From positions 1 through 64,000 of IMG/VR virus record IMGVR_UViG_3300036778_000062: a DNA stretch of 64,000 nucleotides. The stretch is one strand, 5' to 3'. Shown here one piece after another: positions 21,009 to 31,289 of this stretch (positions are counted from its first letter, which is position 1; each line of letters starts with the position of its first letter). The notes beneath the pieces are model-generated. The model saw nothing but the letters and a program-made list of their open reading frames with translations, was not told the origin of the DNA and did no database searches. Source of the DNA: a virus (lineage: Duplodnaviria; Caudoviricetes). The position numbers and the translations under genes were made by a program.

Positions 21009-21950
21009 ATGGCACCCCTCCCGCGCGTCGTATCACCCACCGTCGCGGCCATCTATCGCTCCTACGAACAAGCCAACGAGCATTACGACTCGCTGGGCAT
21101 CAGCGTCGGCGAGATAGCCACCGAATGCGATAGGGCACTTTGGTACACCTTTCGCTGGACCAGCAAGCCGGAGGAAATCGATGGCCGCAAGCTTTCGATA
21201 TTCCGAACGGGTGACCGTTGGGAAGAGGTGATGGTGGAAGAGTTGCGGGCTGCTGGCGTTGAGGTTTGGGGTCAGCAAGATCGCATACGCCTTTTGTCGG
21301 GACACGTCCGCGGTAAGTGCGACGGCCGGGCATTGGGAATCCTTGAGGCACCGAAGACTGAACACCTGTGCGAGTTCAAGTCCAGCAATGACAAGGGCTT
21401 CAAGGAGCTGCGAAAGCACAAGTGCAAGAAGGCCAAGCCGCTTCATTACGGACAGTGTCAGATTGGGATGCACGCCTTCGGGCTAACGAGGTGCTGGTAT
21501 GAAGTCACAAACAAGAATGACGACTCCAAATACGTCGAGCGCATCGAGTATGACGCAGAGTGGTGCATCAGGCAACTTGCGCGCGCCGAGCGTATCATTA
21601 AAGCGACTGCGCCGCCGTCGCGCCTGTCTGAGGATCCAGGGTTTTTTGGATGCATGTTCTGCAAGCACCACGACGTCTGCCATAGCGGAGCATGGGCGCG
21701 AGTTACCTGCCGATCTTGCCTTCACTCCACACCAGAAATGAGCGGCGATGCACACTGGTCTTGTTCGCGCTGGGCCAAGCCATTGGGCGTCGAAGAGCAG
21801 AAGGCGGCCTGTCCGGCGCACCTTTATATACCGAGCGTGGTGCCAGGAGAACAGTTGGACGCGTCGGAAGAGGACGAGACTGTGACTTATCGCCTAGCGA
21901 ACGGTACCACGTGGATTGACGGCCAAGACAAGATGGAGAATGCGGCGTGA
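21009..21950 (+). CDS. Cas4-like PD-(D/E)xK exonuclease
   Basis: CDR.LWY, GKCDG, EFKS, Q..Q, C-terminal Cys cluster. Confidence 0.8.
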   Translation: MAPLPRVVSPTVAAIYRSYEQANEHYDSLGISVGEIATECDRALWYTFRWTSKPEEIDGRKLSIFRTGDRWEEVMVEELRAAGVEVWGQQDRIRLLSGHVRGKCDGRALGILEAPKTEHLCEFKSSNDKGFKELRKHKCKKAKPLHYGQCQIGMHAFGLTRCWYEVTNKNDDSKYVERIEYDAEWCIRQLARAERIIKATAPPSRLSEDPGFFGCMFCKHHDVCHSGAWARVTCRSCLHSTPEMSGDAHWSCSRWAKPLGVEEQKAACPAHLYIPSVVPGEQLDASEEDETVTYRLANGTTWIDGQDKMENAA

Positions 21951-22414
21951 GGGGATACAGCGCGATCGGTTTGGTGCGTCCAAAGGACGTCAAGAACGTC
22001 GGTGCTGTGCTTCGCGCAGCCCACTGTTACGGCGCTGCAATGGTCGCGATTCAAGGTGACAGGACTCCGATTAAGTCAGCGCAGGATACTCCGAGTGCAT
22101 GGCGACACATGCCAGTGTTGCGTGGTGACGATCTGTCTGCGCTCGTGCCGTATGGCTCGGTGCCTGTGGCTGTCGACTTGGTTGACGACGCGATTCCACT
22201 GCCGGAGTTTCAGCACCCAGAGCGCGCCTTCTACGTGTTTGGCCCTGAAGACGGCACACTAGGGCAATCCATTCTTAAGTGGTGCAGTCATCGCGTGATG
22301 GTGCCAACGCGCACCTGCATGAACTTGGCGGCGACGGTGAACGTCGTTTTGTACGACCGGCTGTGCAAACGTGGCGCGGCCAACGATAACTCTAATCTTG
22401 GGGCTGCAGCGTGA
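21947..22414 (+). CDS. SpoU/TrmH-family RNA methyltransferase
   Basis: NVGAVLRAA, FGPEDG, CMNLAATVNVVLYDR. Confidence 0.85.
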   Translation: MRGYSAIGLVRPKDVKNVGAVLRAAHCYGAAMVAIQGDRTPIKSAQDTPSAWRHMPVLRGDDLSALVPYGSVPVAVDLVDDAIPLPEFQHPERAFYVFGPEDGTLGQSILKWCSHRVMVPTRTCMNLAATVNVVLYDRLCKRGAANDNSNLGAAA

Positions 22415-22667
22415 GCTACCACCTATTTGAAAAGAAATGGCAGGCTGCCCGCAAACCTCACATCTGTATCTGGTGCTATCAGCGTATCGTCATAACGGAG
22501 GTCTATTTGCGCGAAAAATCGATCTATGACGGCCATCATCAAAATCACGCATGGCACTGGGATTGTTGGTTTGATGCGCAAGAGAATTACTTCAAGGGCG
22601 GCGAATCTGAGTTCACTACCGGCATGGACCGGCCTGCAATGCTGCCGTTCCGCAGCATGGAGGCAGC

Positions 22668-23153
22668 ATGACCCCCACCCCAGCCAATGACAACCGCCCC
22701 GCATCCTTCGATGCGCTACTCGCCAAGTACGACCCATTTATCCGCTCCAAGTGCTGCGGTGATGAAGACCTCTACCAGGACATCAGACTCTTGGCGATTG
22801 AACGCTGGTATCGCTATCGCCAGGACGGTAACTTCGTGTCTTGGGTATCGTATCTTGTGCGTGAGGTCATCAGTCAGCGCGCGCGCAAGATAGCAAGGGC
22901 AGAGAAGTGGCTACCGTATACGCCGCCAAGCCATACTGAACCATCGCAGGAGCACGCTGCTGGCGCCACACAAGCGCTTGGTGCGCTTAGTCAAGCCGAA
23001 CGCGACGCCGTATCGCTTATAGCCACTGGCCACACGGGTGACGAGGCCGGCCGTGTGATGGGCGTGTCGCGCCAGCGTGTGTGGCAAGTAGTCGAGCGCG
23101 GGCGTGAACGATTGGCGGCGAATGATAATGTGCTGGCAAGGAAAGCCGCCTGA
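22668..23153 (+). CDS. ECF sigma-like / sigma-4 HTH protein
   Basis: EDLYQD, FVSW, MGVSRQRVWQ. Confidence 0.7.
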   Translation: MTPTPANDNRPASFDALLAKYDPFIRSKCCGDEDLYQDIRLLAIERWYRYRQDGNFVSWVSYLVREVISQRARKIARAEKWLPYTPPSHTEPSQEHAAGATQALGALSQAERDAVSLIATGHTGDEAGRVMGVSRQRVWQVVERGRERLAANDNVLARKAA

Positions 23154-24886
23154 TGCCGCTGCGGTACTACCAGCATGAAGCAAAAACGGCAGTATTCGAT
23201 TATTGGTCAGAAACCCCCGGCAATCCACTAGTTGTAGCCGCTACCGGCACCGGCAAGTCGATTATGCAGGCCTCGTTGACGTGCGACCTTATCGATGGTT
23301 GGTCAGACCTACGCGTGATGAATACGACCCACGTGGTTGAACTGGTCGAAGGCAATTACAAAGAACTTATTGGCCTTCGGCCGTTTGTCCCCGCAGGAAT
23401 CTATGCATCATCACTTGGACAAAGTGATGCCAGAGCGCAGGTGCTGTTCTCGCAATTGCAAACAGTGCACAATAAGGCCAAGAGAATTGGTCATGTTGAC
23501 GTACTGCAAATTGATGAAGCTCACCTTGTGCCGTTCAAGCAGGCCACTCAATATCGCAGGCTGATTGATGACCTGATGGCCATCAATCCCGACATGAAAA
23601 TTAACGGGTTCACGGCGACAGACTATCGTCTGGACGGGGGTAGACTAACCGAAGGAGATGGCAAGTTATTTGACAAAGTTGTCTATGATTACGGGATTCG
23701 TCGCGGCATTGATGACGGCTACCTGACTCCAATCACCAGCAAACCCCTCGCCACTAAATACGACATGACCGGCGTGGGTCGGTCGATGGGGGACTACAAA
23801 GCCGGAGACTATCGCGAGGCCGTTGACACCGACGAACTTAATAAGCGCGTCGTTGAAGAGGTTCTCGATGTCGAGGGCCACCGCAAGAAGGCGCTTATAT
23901 TTTGCCGCGGTATCGAGCACGCCGCGCGCATTCGAGATGCGTTCAAGGTGGCGGGCAGGGCAGTTGAGCTCGTGCATGGTGGCACTCCAACTGGAGAGCG
24001 TCGCGGTCTGATCGAACGCCTGAAGTCTGGCGAGCTTTGGGGTCTCGTCAACGATAATGTTCTATCGACCGGGACAAACATCGTTGGCGTTGATCTGATC
24101 GTTGATTTGTATCGAACCATGTCCGCAGGACGTTACGTCCAACGTGTCGGCAGAATGACGCGGGTCATCTACCCGCCCGGGTTTGATCCTGAGGCCGTTG
24201 CCGCTGAGGCCCGTCGCGCTGCAATAGCATCGTGGCTGAAGCCAAACGGTCGTTATATGGACTTCGCTGGCAACATCAATGAACATGGTCCGGTTGATAT
24301 GGTCCAACCGAAAAAGCCTGGCAGCGGATCCGGCGAAGCGCCAATTAAAATCTGCCCGACGTGCGATGAAATAAACCACGCAAGTGTGAGGGTCTGTTCG
24401 TGCTGCGGTTTTGAGTTTGAATTTGAAGAAAAGCCGAAGTTCACAGCGCGGGCGTCGGACGCTCCAATCATTTCTACGGACGAGGACTGGCGTAACGTTA
24501 CGGGGCGCACCTACAGAGAGCACCCGCCAAAGCCGGGCAAACCCGCCTCAGTTAAGTGCACATATCGTCTCGGGCTGACAACGCAAAACGAGTGGCACTG
24601 CCCTGGCCACGGAGGTTACCCAAAGGCGAAGGCCGATCGATATTGGAAAATGCACGGCGGCGCCTTACCGTTCCCCAAGTCTGCAGACGAGTGGCTAGAT
24701 CGTGCTGGAGAATTGAGGGTGACGGCTGAGATCAGGCTAAAGCCTAACGGGAAATATTTTGACATTATTGACTGGAGGGCCGGCACAGAGGTGGCGAGCG
24801 ATAGCGTGTCACCCGTTGCCGACAACGACAACTGGAAGCCGCTTATGGCGGCGGGCGATAATTGGGACGAAGACATCCCGTTTTGA
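23153..24886 (+). CDS. SF2 DEAH helicase with zinc finger
   Basis: LRYYQ, ATGTGKS, DEAH, QRVGR, CPTC..CSCC. Confidence 0.9.
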   Translation: MPLRYYQHEAKTAVFDYWSETPGNPLVVAATGTGKSIMQASLTCDLIDGWSDLRVMNTTHVVELVEGNYKELIGLRPFVPAGIYASSLGQSDARAQVLFSQLQTVHNKAKRIGHVDVLQIDEAHLVPFKQATQYRRLIDDLMAINPDMKINGFTATDYRLDGGRLTEGDGKLFDKVVYDYGIRRGIDDGYLTPITSKPLATKYDMTGVGRSMGDYKAGDYREAVDTDELNKRVVEEVLDVEGHRKKALIFCRGIEHAARIRDAFKVAGRAVELVHGGTPTGERRGLIERLKSGELWGLVNDNVLSTGTNIVGVDLIVDLYRTMSAGRYVQRVGRMTRVIYPPGFDPEAVAAEARRAAIASWLKPNGRYMDFAGNINEHGPVDMVQPKKPGSGSGEAPIKICPTCDEINHASVRVCSCCGFEFEFEEKPKFTARASDAPIISTDEDWRNVTGRTYREHPPKPGKPASVKCTYRLGLTTQNEWHCPGHGGYPKAKADRYWKMHGGALPFPKSADEWLDRAGELRVTAEIRLKPNGKYFDIIDWRAGTEVASDSVSPVADNDNWKPLMAAGDNWDEDIPF

Positions 24887-24934
24887 GCGGCCACAGGCCG
24901 AGGTAAAGCGTGCAACCCTGATTAGGGGCACATC

Positions 24935-25285
24935 TTGAACAAACCACTGGTTATTATTGAAAGTCCGTTTGCTGGCTCGAACGAGGAAGAACGCGAATCC
25001 AACATCGCCTACGCGCGCAAGTGCGTGGCTGATAGCGTTCATCGCGGCGAGGCGCCAATAGCGTCGCATTTATTGTTCACCCAAACAGGCATCTTAAATG
25101 ACGACATTCCAGGCGAGCGCACGCTAGGCATCGAGGCTGGCCTTGCGTGGTATCGCGTGGCGGATAAGTGCGTTGTTTATATGGATCGGGGCTATTCAAA
25201 GGGTATGGCGCAAGGCCAGTTGCGCGCTGCGCAACATGCCGTGCCGGTCGAGATCAGATACATCGAGCGCGAGGTGGCGGCGTGA
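24935..25285 (+). CDS. DUF4406/NDT-like protein
   Basis: IIESPFAG...PIASHLL...SKGM. Confidence 0.55.
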   Translation: MNKPLVIIESPFAGSNEEERESNIAYARKCVADSVHRGEAPIASHLLFTQTGILNDDIPGERTLGIEAGLAWYRVADKCVVYMDRGYSKGMAQGQLRAAQHAVPVEIRYIEREVAA

Positions 25286-26073
25286 TTGAACCTGTCATTA
25301 TCGGCGACTGCATGCTGTATCATGGGAATTGCCTAGAGGTGATGGCTGGGTTTGAGCAAGTAGACTGCATCGTCACCGATGCGCCTTACAAGGTTTCGAG
25401 CGGAGGTTTTGCGTCCAACCTCCAACTTGAGGGCGGCTTCGGCGGTTGGATGAAAGAGTATGGGAATGGCGGCGATATCGTTCAGTGTGATATCGATTGG
25501 TCCGATTGGATGGCGCCAGCCTTCGCCACACTGAAGGACGATCGACAAGCGTATTTTATGACGAACGGCAAGAATTTGAGTCGCGCTCAAGCTGCTGCTG
25601 AGGCGGCTGGGTTTGACCTGCACACAATACTCGTTTGGGATAAGCGTGCCGCGCTTCCAAACAAGTATTACCAAAACGTCACCGAGTTCACGCTGTTCAT
25701 GAAGAAGGGAAAGGCGTTCACCATTAGAACGCCATCCTCAAAGAACCTTGTCAGCTTGTTCCAGAGAGACGAATCTGAACACCCGACTGAAAAGCCCGTT
25801 GAATTGATGTCAATTTACATTGGCAACTCGACGTCTCCAGGCCAAACCATCCTTGACCCGTTCATGGGCAGCGGCACGACCGGAGTCGCGTGCGCGAAGA
25901 TGGGGCGTCGCTTTATAGGCATCGAGCTTGACCGCAAGTATTTCGACATTGCGTGCGAACGCATTACGAAAGCCTACGCGCAAGGCGACATGTTCACCGA
26001 GCGCCGCAAAGAGCCGCGGACGGCAGACATGTTCGCCAACGACAACGCACCTGCGAAAGCTGGTGCAGCGTGA
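25282..26073 (+). CDS. Site-specific DNA amino-methyltransferase (N6/N4, beta class)
   Basis: DAPY, HPTEKP, LDPFMGSGTT. Confidence 0.9.
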   Translation: MIEPVIIGDCMLYHGNCLEVMAGFEQVDCIVTDAPYKVSSGGFASNLQLEGGFGGWMKEYGNGGDIVQCDIDWSDWMAPAFATLKDDRQAYFMTNGKNLSRAQAAAEAAGFDLHTILVWDKRAALPNKYYQNVTEFTLFMKKGKAFTIRTPSSKNLVSLFQRDESEHPTEKPVELMSIYIGNSTSPGQTILDPFMGSGTTGVACAKMGRRFIGIELDRKYFDIACERITKAYAQGDMFTERRKEPRTADMFANDNAPAKAGAA

Positions 26074-26428
26074 TCACCGACCTCATCGGCACCTGCTTCA
26101 TCTGCAAACGCCGGCACGACTGCATCGGGTATAGCCCACACGACCGCGCGCCAATCAAGTGGGTGTGCTGGGAGTGTCTTGACGGCACGCATAACGGAAT
26201 CCGCTCCAAACTACCGAGGCTCTATCACATGCCACGCAAGCAACTGGATCAATACGAGAAACAAGCCCTCGAGGACGGCGGGAACGCGGGTGGTGAGTAT
26301 TTGGATGAGATCGGGAAGACAGACTTGGCCAGCCTGGATGAGGATGAGTGGGGCACGTTCCTTGGGAGGGTACTGGTTGGGTATGCCGACAGCATGCGGG
26401 AGATTGTGAGCAGGGAAGTACCGTATTG

Positions 26429-27277
26429 ATGTTGGCAGCAAATGATAATGCGCCTGCAACTGGCGTAGCGGCGCGCGCCTACTACAACGAGATTGACCCA
26501 TATGCAGCACAATGGTTGCGCAACCTGATTGCCGCCGGCCTTATCGCGGCTGGAGATGTCGATGAACGAAGTATTGAAGATGTTATTTCAAGCGACCTCG
26601 CAGGATACACCCAGTGTCATTTCTTTGCCGGCATCGGAGGGTGGAGCTTTGCAGTTAGGCTTGCAGGGTGGCCAGATGACAGACCTGTTTGGACAGGAAG
26701 TTGCCCCTGTCAACCATTCTCCGTTGGCGCGGTCCAAGGTGGCGGCGGAAAGGGTCAAGAGGACGAGCGGCACCTTCTGCCGACTTTTACCAAACTCATT
26801 GCAGAGTGTGCTCCTCCAGTCGTCTTTGGAGAGCAGGTTGCAAACGCGATTAAGTGGGGTTGGCTTGACGAAGCGTTCACAGCGATTGAGGCGGTTGGCT
26901 ACGCCTGCGGGGCGGCTGTTATGCCAGCATTTGCTGTCGGCGCGAGACATGAAAGAAAGCGGATTTATTGGGTGGCCAACTCCGTGCGCCAGGGATGGAA
27001 GGGATATCAGCAGGACAAACGCACACCTGGCGGCTCGCGAACGTCACTCGCCGTCGATGGTGACGCGCTTGTTAGAGGCTGGGGCGCACTGGACGGTGAT
27101 TTCAGCGGTTTACGGTCTGACGATGGGGTACCCGTTAGCGTGGAACGATGCGCGACCAAGGGCTACGGCAACGCGATTGTCCCGCAACTCGCAGCAGAGT
27201 TCGTAGGCGCATTTATGGATTGCATGCCGATAGCCGCCAATGACAACAGCGAGGAGTCCGCCTGTGACGCCGCTTGA
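26429..27277 (+). CDS. C5-cytosine DNA methyltransferase, large subunit
   Basis: FAGIGG, CPCQPFS, EQV, RKR, GYGNAIV. Confidence 0.88.
   Translation: MLAANDNAPATGVAARAYYNEIDPYAAQWLRNLIAAGLIAAGDVDERSIEDVISSDLAGYTQCHFFAGIGGWSFAVRLAGWPDDRPVWTGSCPCQPFSVGAVQGGGGKGQEDERHLLPTFTKLIAECAPPVVFGEQVANAIKWGWLDEAFTAIEAVGYACGAAVMPAFAVGARHERKRIYWVANSVRQGWKGYQQDKRTPGGSRTSLAVDGDALVRGWGALDGDFSGLRSDDGVPVSVERCATKGYGNAIVPQLAAEFVGAFMDCMPIAANDNSEESACDAA
26676..27206 (+). CDS. Overlapping alternative-frame MTase small subunit (putative)
   Basis: Open frame nested in the MTase gene, with WPTP..RD and LTMGYPLAW (motif IX-like). Confidence 0.6.
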   Translation: MTDLFGQEVAPVNHSPLARSKVAAERVKRTSGTFCRLLPNSLQSVLLQSSLESRLQTRLSGVGLTKRSQRLRRLATPAGRLLCQHLLSARDMKESGFIGWPTPCARDGRDISRTNAHLAARERHSPSMVTRLLEAGAHWTVISAVYGLTMGYPLAWNDARPRATATRLSRNSQQSS

Positions 27278-29459
27278 ACTTGCCAATTCCTACGTGTCGC
27301 AAGGGCTAAAGGTTTTCCCTTGCCGTTCGCGCGCGGAGGAAACTATTGACCAGTACACTGGCGAGGTCACAACGCTAGGCGAGAAAACGCCATTAACTTC
27401 GAATGGTTTTCGTGGAGCGACTCGCTTCGCACACATCGTAAAAAGATGGTTTGCCGATTGGCCGGATGCGGCTGTTGGGCTGCCCACCGGCAAAGAGGCT
27501 GGGTTTTTCGTTCTCGACATCGATAACAAGCCCGGTGGCGCGAACGGGTTTGAGTGGTTGGCGGAGATGGAGGCCGAACACGGCCCATTGCCAGAAACCG
27601 CCCGCGTCTCGTCGCCTAACGGCGGCATGCACTACTTCTTCAAATATATCGACGGTGCCAGGAACCGTGGCAACCTCGGCGCGGGCGCGGACCTGAGAGG
27701 CCAGGGCGGCTATGTGGTTGCGGCCGGCAGCGTCATGTCGGATGGGCGCGCCTACCGTTGGGTTGATCAACCAGACGCGGACAAGATCCCGCCCATTGCT
27801 GATGCGCCTGATTGGCTGTTGTCGCTCGTAATCCGCCGCGAGCAACCGTCCACCCACCAACCTAGCGGCACCGCCCACACCAACAGCGCATACGTCAACG
27901 CCGCGGTCGACCGCGAGCTAGCCGGCCTTGCCAGCGCGCCAATGGGATCGAGAAACAACAGCCTCAACGACAGCGCCTTCTGCCTTGGCACGTTCGTTGG
28001 TGCAGGAGCGCTAGCCGAGTCCGAGGCCCGCGCCTTGCTACAGGACGTGGCGCGTGGCTGGGGCAGGGACTGGGCGCGTTGCCAGAAGACGATCGAGAAC
28101 GGGTTGGCAGCCGGGCGGCGCAGCCCGCGCGACATACCCAAGCCAGAGCAAGACAACACCCGGTTGGTGGACATCAGCCGCATGATTGAGAACGGGCTGC
28201 GCAAGGCCGCAGCCAAGGCTAGCCGTGCCGACACTCCGATACATAATAATATATCAGAGAGCAATATTGATATAGAAAACGATATCAAGGACGCACCACA
28301 GGCTGCGGCTGCCGCGCCGACCATAACCGCCACCCCATTCATCTACAAAGACCCACGCACCTTACCCCGTCGCGAGTTCGCGTTCGGCACTCACTACATC
28401 CGCAAGTACGTCTCTGTGACGGTTGCGCCTGGCGGGCTGGGCAAGACGGCTAACAGCATCGTGGAGGCGTTGGCCATGGTGACAGGACGACCATTGGCCG
28501 GCACGAAGCCGCCATACCCGCTTCGGGTCTGGCTGTTTAACAGTGAGGATCCGCGCGACGAGTTGGAGCGCCGCATCATGGCGGCGTGCATCAAGTACAA
28601 AATCTCGGCCGAGGACATCAACGGACGGCTATTCCTCGATACCGGCCGCGAGCAGGAGCTTGTAATTGCAAAGGACGACAAAAAGGGCGTTCGCATCGTT
28701 GAGCCCGTTGTCGAGGCCATCGTCAATCAAATCGAGGCCAACCAGATTGACGTCAAAATCGTCGATCCGTTCGTGTCCACCCATCAGGTAAACGAAAACG
28801 ATAACGGCGCGATCGATAAGGTGGCCAAGCTCTGGGCGCAGATTGCCGACCGTACTAACTGCGCCATAGATATCGTCCACCATCTGCGCAAACTGGCAGA
28901 CAGGGAAGCCACGGTAGAGGATGCGCGAGGTGCAGTGGCGCTGATCGGTGCAGCGCGCTCTGTGCGGGTGCTCAACCGGATGTCATCAGAACAGGCCAAG
29001 GAAGCTGGAATAGGCGAGACCGAACGCTATGGGTACTTCAACATCAACCACGGCAAGGCCAACCTTACGCCGCTGTCCAACAAACTGGACTGGCGCCGTC
29101 TGGATGGCGTGCCTTTGGGGAATGGGCAGGGGATGACCAAGCCGCAGGACTTCGCGCCTGTGGTGACCGAATGGAAGTGGCCTAGTGCCGAGGAAGTGGC
29201 GTCGCGCGTAACGCCAGAGCAGCGCGAGCGCATCGTCTCGCTGTTGGCGGGCCAGTCGTACAAGGCGGCACGCCAGGCCAAAGAGGCTTGGGCTGGTATC
29301 GCCGTGATGGCGGCTATGGATATGGACCCAGACGACAAGGCGTCAGCGGGGGCGGCCGGTTCCATTCTGAAGGCGCTCCTCAGTGAAGGGGTGCTTAAGG
29401 TGGAGGAGCGGAGGGACGAGCGCAGTAGAACGAACCTGAAGTTCGTGGTGGCGGCGTGA
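27264..29459 (+). CDS. Prim-Pol primase fused to AAA_25/RepA helicase
   Basis: VFPC, LDID, GGMHYFF, DLRGQGGYVV; Walker A APGGLGKT. Confidence 0.9.
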   Translation: MTPLELANSYVSQGLKVFPCRSRAEETIDQYTGEVTTLGEKTPLTSNGFRGATRFAHIVKRWFADWPDAAVGLPTGKEAGFFVLDIDNKPGGANGFEWLAEMEAEHGPLPETARVSSPNGGMHYFFKYIDGARNRGNLGAGADLRGQGGYVVAAGSVMSDGRAYRWVDQPDADKIPPIADAPDWLLSLVIRREQPSTHQPSGTAHTNSAYVNAAVDRELAGLASAPMGSRNNSLNDSAFCLGTFVGAGALAESEARALLQDVARGWGRDWARCQKTIENGLAAGRRSPRDIPKPEQDNTRLVDISRMIENGLRKAAAKASRADTPIHNNISESNIDIENDIKDAPQAAAAAPTITATPFIYKDPRTLPRREFAFGTHYIRKYVSVTVAPGGLGKTANSIVEALAMVTGRPLAGTKPPYPLRVWLFNSEDPRDELERRIMAACIKYKISAEDINGRLFLDTGREQELVIAKDDKKGVRIVEPVVEAIVNQIEANQIDVKIVDPFVSTHQVNENDNGAIDKVAKLWAQIADRTNCAIDIVHHLRKLADREATVEDARGAVALIGAARSVRVLNRMSSEQAKEAGIGETERYGYFNINHGKANLTPLSNKLDWRRLDGVPLGNGQGMTKPQDFAPVVTEWKWPSAEEVASRVTPEQRERIVSLLAGQSYKAARQAKEAWAGIAVMAAMDMDPDDKASAGAAGSILKALLSEGVLKVEERRDERSRTNLKFVVAA

Positions 29460-29489
29460 AAATAAAATGCAAAAAGATGAAAATAGGGC

Positions 29490-29519
29490 TTGACGACCTA
29501 GGGCATTACGCCCTATAAA
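29490..29519 (+). promoter_or_regulatory. Moron promoter with inverted-repeat operator
   Basis: TTGACG-18-TATAAA; TAGGGC-N5-GCCCTA. Confidence 0.6.
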
Positions 29520-29545
29520 GGGGACATCAACAACGGAGCACGAAG

Positions 29546-29914
29546 ATGGCCACTACTTACGAAATGATCAAGGCGCTTCCCGCCAAGTTCGATTGGACCG
29601 GCTTCAACACCACGCTGCGCGCCGAATACGTGGCTCTGGTTGGTCGCAACGTCGAAGCCTATTGCGTTCGCGAGGCGTTGGCTGGTTGGGACGCAGCCAA
29701 GGGTGTTCGCCAGATGCGCGGCGCCGCGATGGAAATGGCCTGCAGCATAGTGAGCCGCAAGGCGACTCGTTCTTTCCGCTCGGCTCCCACTGCAGAGACG
29801 CTGGCATTCGACAGTTTCGAGGGTGGCGTGTGTGAAGTATGGACCGACGCTGAGGCCGAAGCGGCTGCAACTCAGGAAATTGCGGAACTTATCGCAGAAA
29901 GGAGGGCGGCATGA
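29546..29914 (+). CDS. Moron hypothetical protein
   Basis: GGAG SD after the promoter. Confidence 0.6.
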   Translation: MATTYEMIKALPAKFDWTGFNTTLRAEYVALVGRNVEAYCVREALAGWDAAKGVRQMRGAAMEMACSIVSRKATRSFRSAPTAETLAFDSFEGGVCEVWTDAEAEAAATQEIAELIAERRAA

Positions 29915-30270
29915 CACCGCAAGCCGCAAAAGTTCATACCACAGACGAGGTGCTGGAACGGCTAGAAATCCTCTGGCGCAAGCTAGAGGACGAGGGCATG
30001 TATGTCAGGGCAAACACGGTCGCCTTGGCGATTGACGAGATTAAGAAGGGGCAACTCGCTAATGACCCCAGATGAACTGAACCATCCAGATCCCATCATC
30101 CGCGCACTCAATCGGATGATGCAGCGCGAATTTGACGAACAGGACGCGTGCCGCTCCGAAATTAAGGAACGTGGCACCTATTGGGCAGGACGTGAGATTT
30201 GGGAGTTGCGGCGGCGAGCTGCATACTGGCAAAAGCAGACTGAGTCTTTGCGCCCGCAAAAGAAACGAAA

Positions 30271-30474
30271 ATGACCTCCACCCAATACCAAGCCGCCCTA
30301 GACGGCCTCGGCCTTTCACAGGTCGGGGCCGCTCGCTTATTGGGGGTGGACCCACGCACTAGCCGCCGCTGGGCACTAGGAGAGGCCACTGTGCCGCCCG
30401 CAGTGGCACTGGCCTTGCGGCTTATGGTGGCCCATGGAACCGGCCTTGACGAGGCCGAGAAGCTGGCTCGGTAG
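30271..30474 (+). CDS. Small HTH regulator
   Basis: LGLSQVGAARLLGVDPRTSRRW. Confidence 0.75.
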   Translation: MTSTQYQAALDGLGLSQVGAARLLGVDPRTSRRWALGEATVPPAVALALRLMVAHGTGLDEAEKLAR

Positions 30475-30491
30475 CCACACCAAACCAACAC

Positions 30492-30519
30492 AAAACCCGC
30501 CTCACCAGCGGGTTTTTTC
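30492..30519 (+). terminator. Rho-independent terminator
   Basis: AAAACCCGC-loop-GCGGGTTTTTT. Confidence 0.8.
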
Positions 30520-30555
30520 TTGCGGTTCCATACAACCTGTTTTCTCGTCACTCAA

Positions 30556-30680
30556 CTAGAAGTTTGCGCGCAACTTCTTTTGAGCGCAACTTCTCAACAT
30601 ACATACAACTTGCAAGTTTATACCTATAGGTAAACTTGCAATGTTGTTGCGGTAAAAAATGCAAGTTCTAGAAGTTGCGG
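30556..30680. repeat. Putative replication origin
   Basis: GCGCAACTTCT direct and inverted copies; TTGCAAGTTTA..TAAACTTGCAA inverted repeat; AT-rich. Confidence 0.5.
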
Positions 30681-30824
30681 TAGGTATCAGATCGGACCTA
30701 TTAAAATACAACCTGAAAGGCCGGTTGAGGCCGGACGCTGTACGCCGTTCAATCAGCCTGTCCGCCCCAAAACATTTTCCATACAAAAACTTTACCGCTT
30801 GCCCCGCCACGACCTATCTTGGTC

Positions 30825-31289
30825 ATGGGCATCAAAACCACAAAACTCAAGAACGGCACTCGGATTGTGCGCAGCACAACTACCGTGCCGGAATGGCGGC
30901 TCCAATCTGAACAATGCCGACGATTGCGAGCGCTGCCCGCCTATGGGCGTTCGTTCCTACTGGTGGGTGGGATGGAGGCAGGCAAGAGAGGACCCCAGAC
31001 GGCCACCGTAGCCAAGGCTACGGGCCTTACAGCGGGGCACCCGGACCTGACGATTTTCCTACCCGGTGGCCGGTGCGCCTTCATCGAGAACAAGACCGAG
31101 GCCGCAGCCAAGAAAAAGAAGCGCAGCAACGGGCTTGATCCGGCCCAGGTCGACCGTCACGAGGCGCTGCGCCGTCTAGGGCATACGGTTGAGGTGATTG
31201 TTGCGGCCAATGAGAGCGAGGCAGCCGATAAGGCTGTTGGCCTGGTTATGGGCTGGCTGGCGGCGAACGATAATGGGGAGGGGAAGTGA
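30825..31289 (+). CDS. VRR-NUC-like nuclease
   Basis: GLTAGHPDL...FIENK...Q. Confidence 0.8.
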   Translation: MGIKTTKLKNGTRIVRSTTTVPEWRLQSEQCRRLRALPAYGRSFLLVGGMEAGKRGPQTATVAKATGLTAGHPDLTIFLPGGRCAFIENKTEAAAKKKKRSNGLDPAQVDRHEALRRLGHTVEVIVAANESEAADKAVGLVMGWLAANDNGEGK

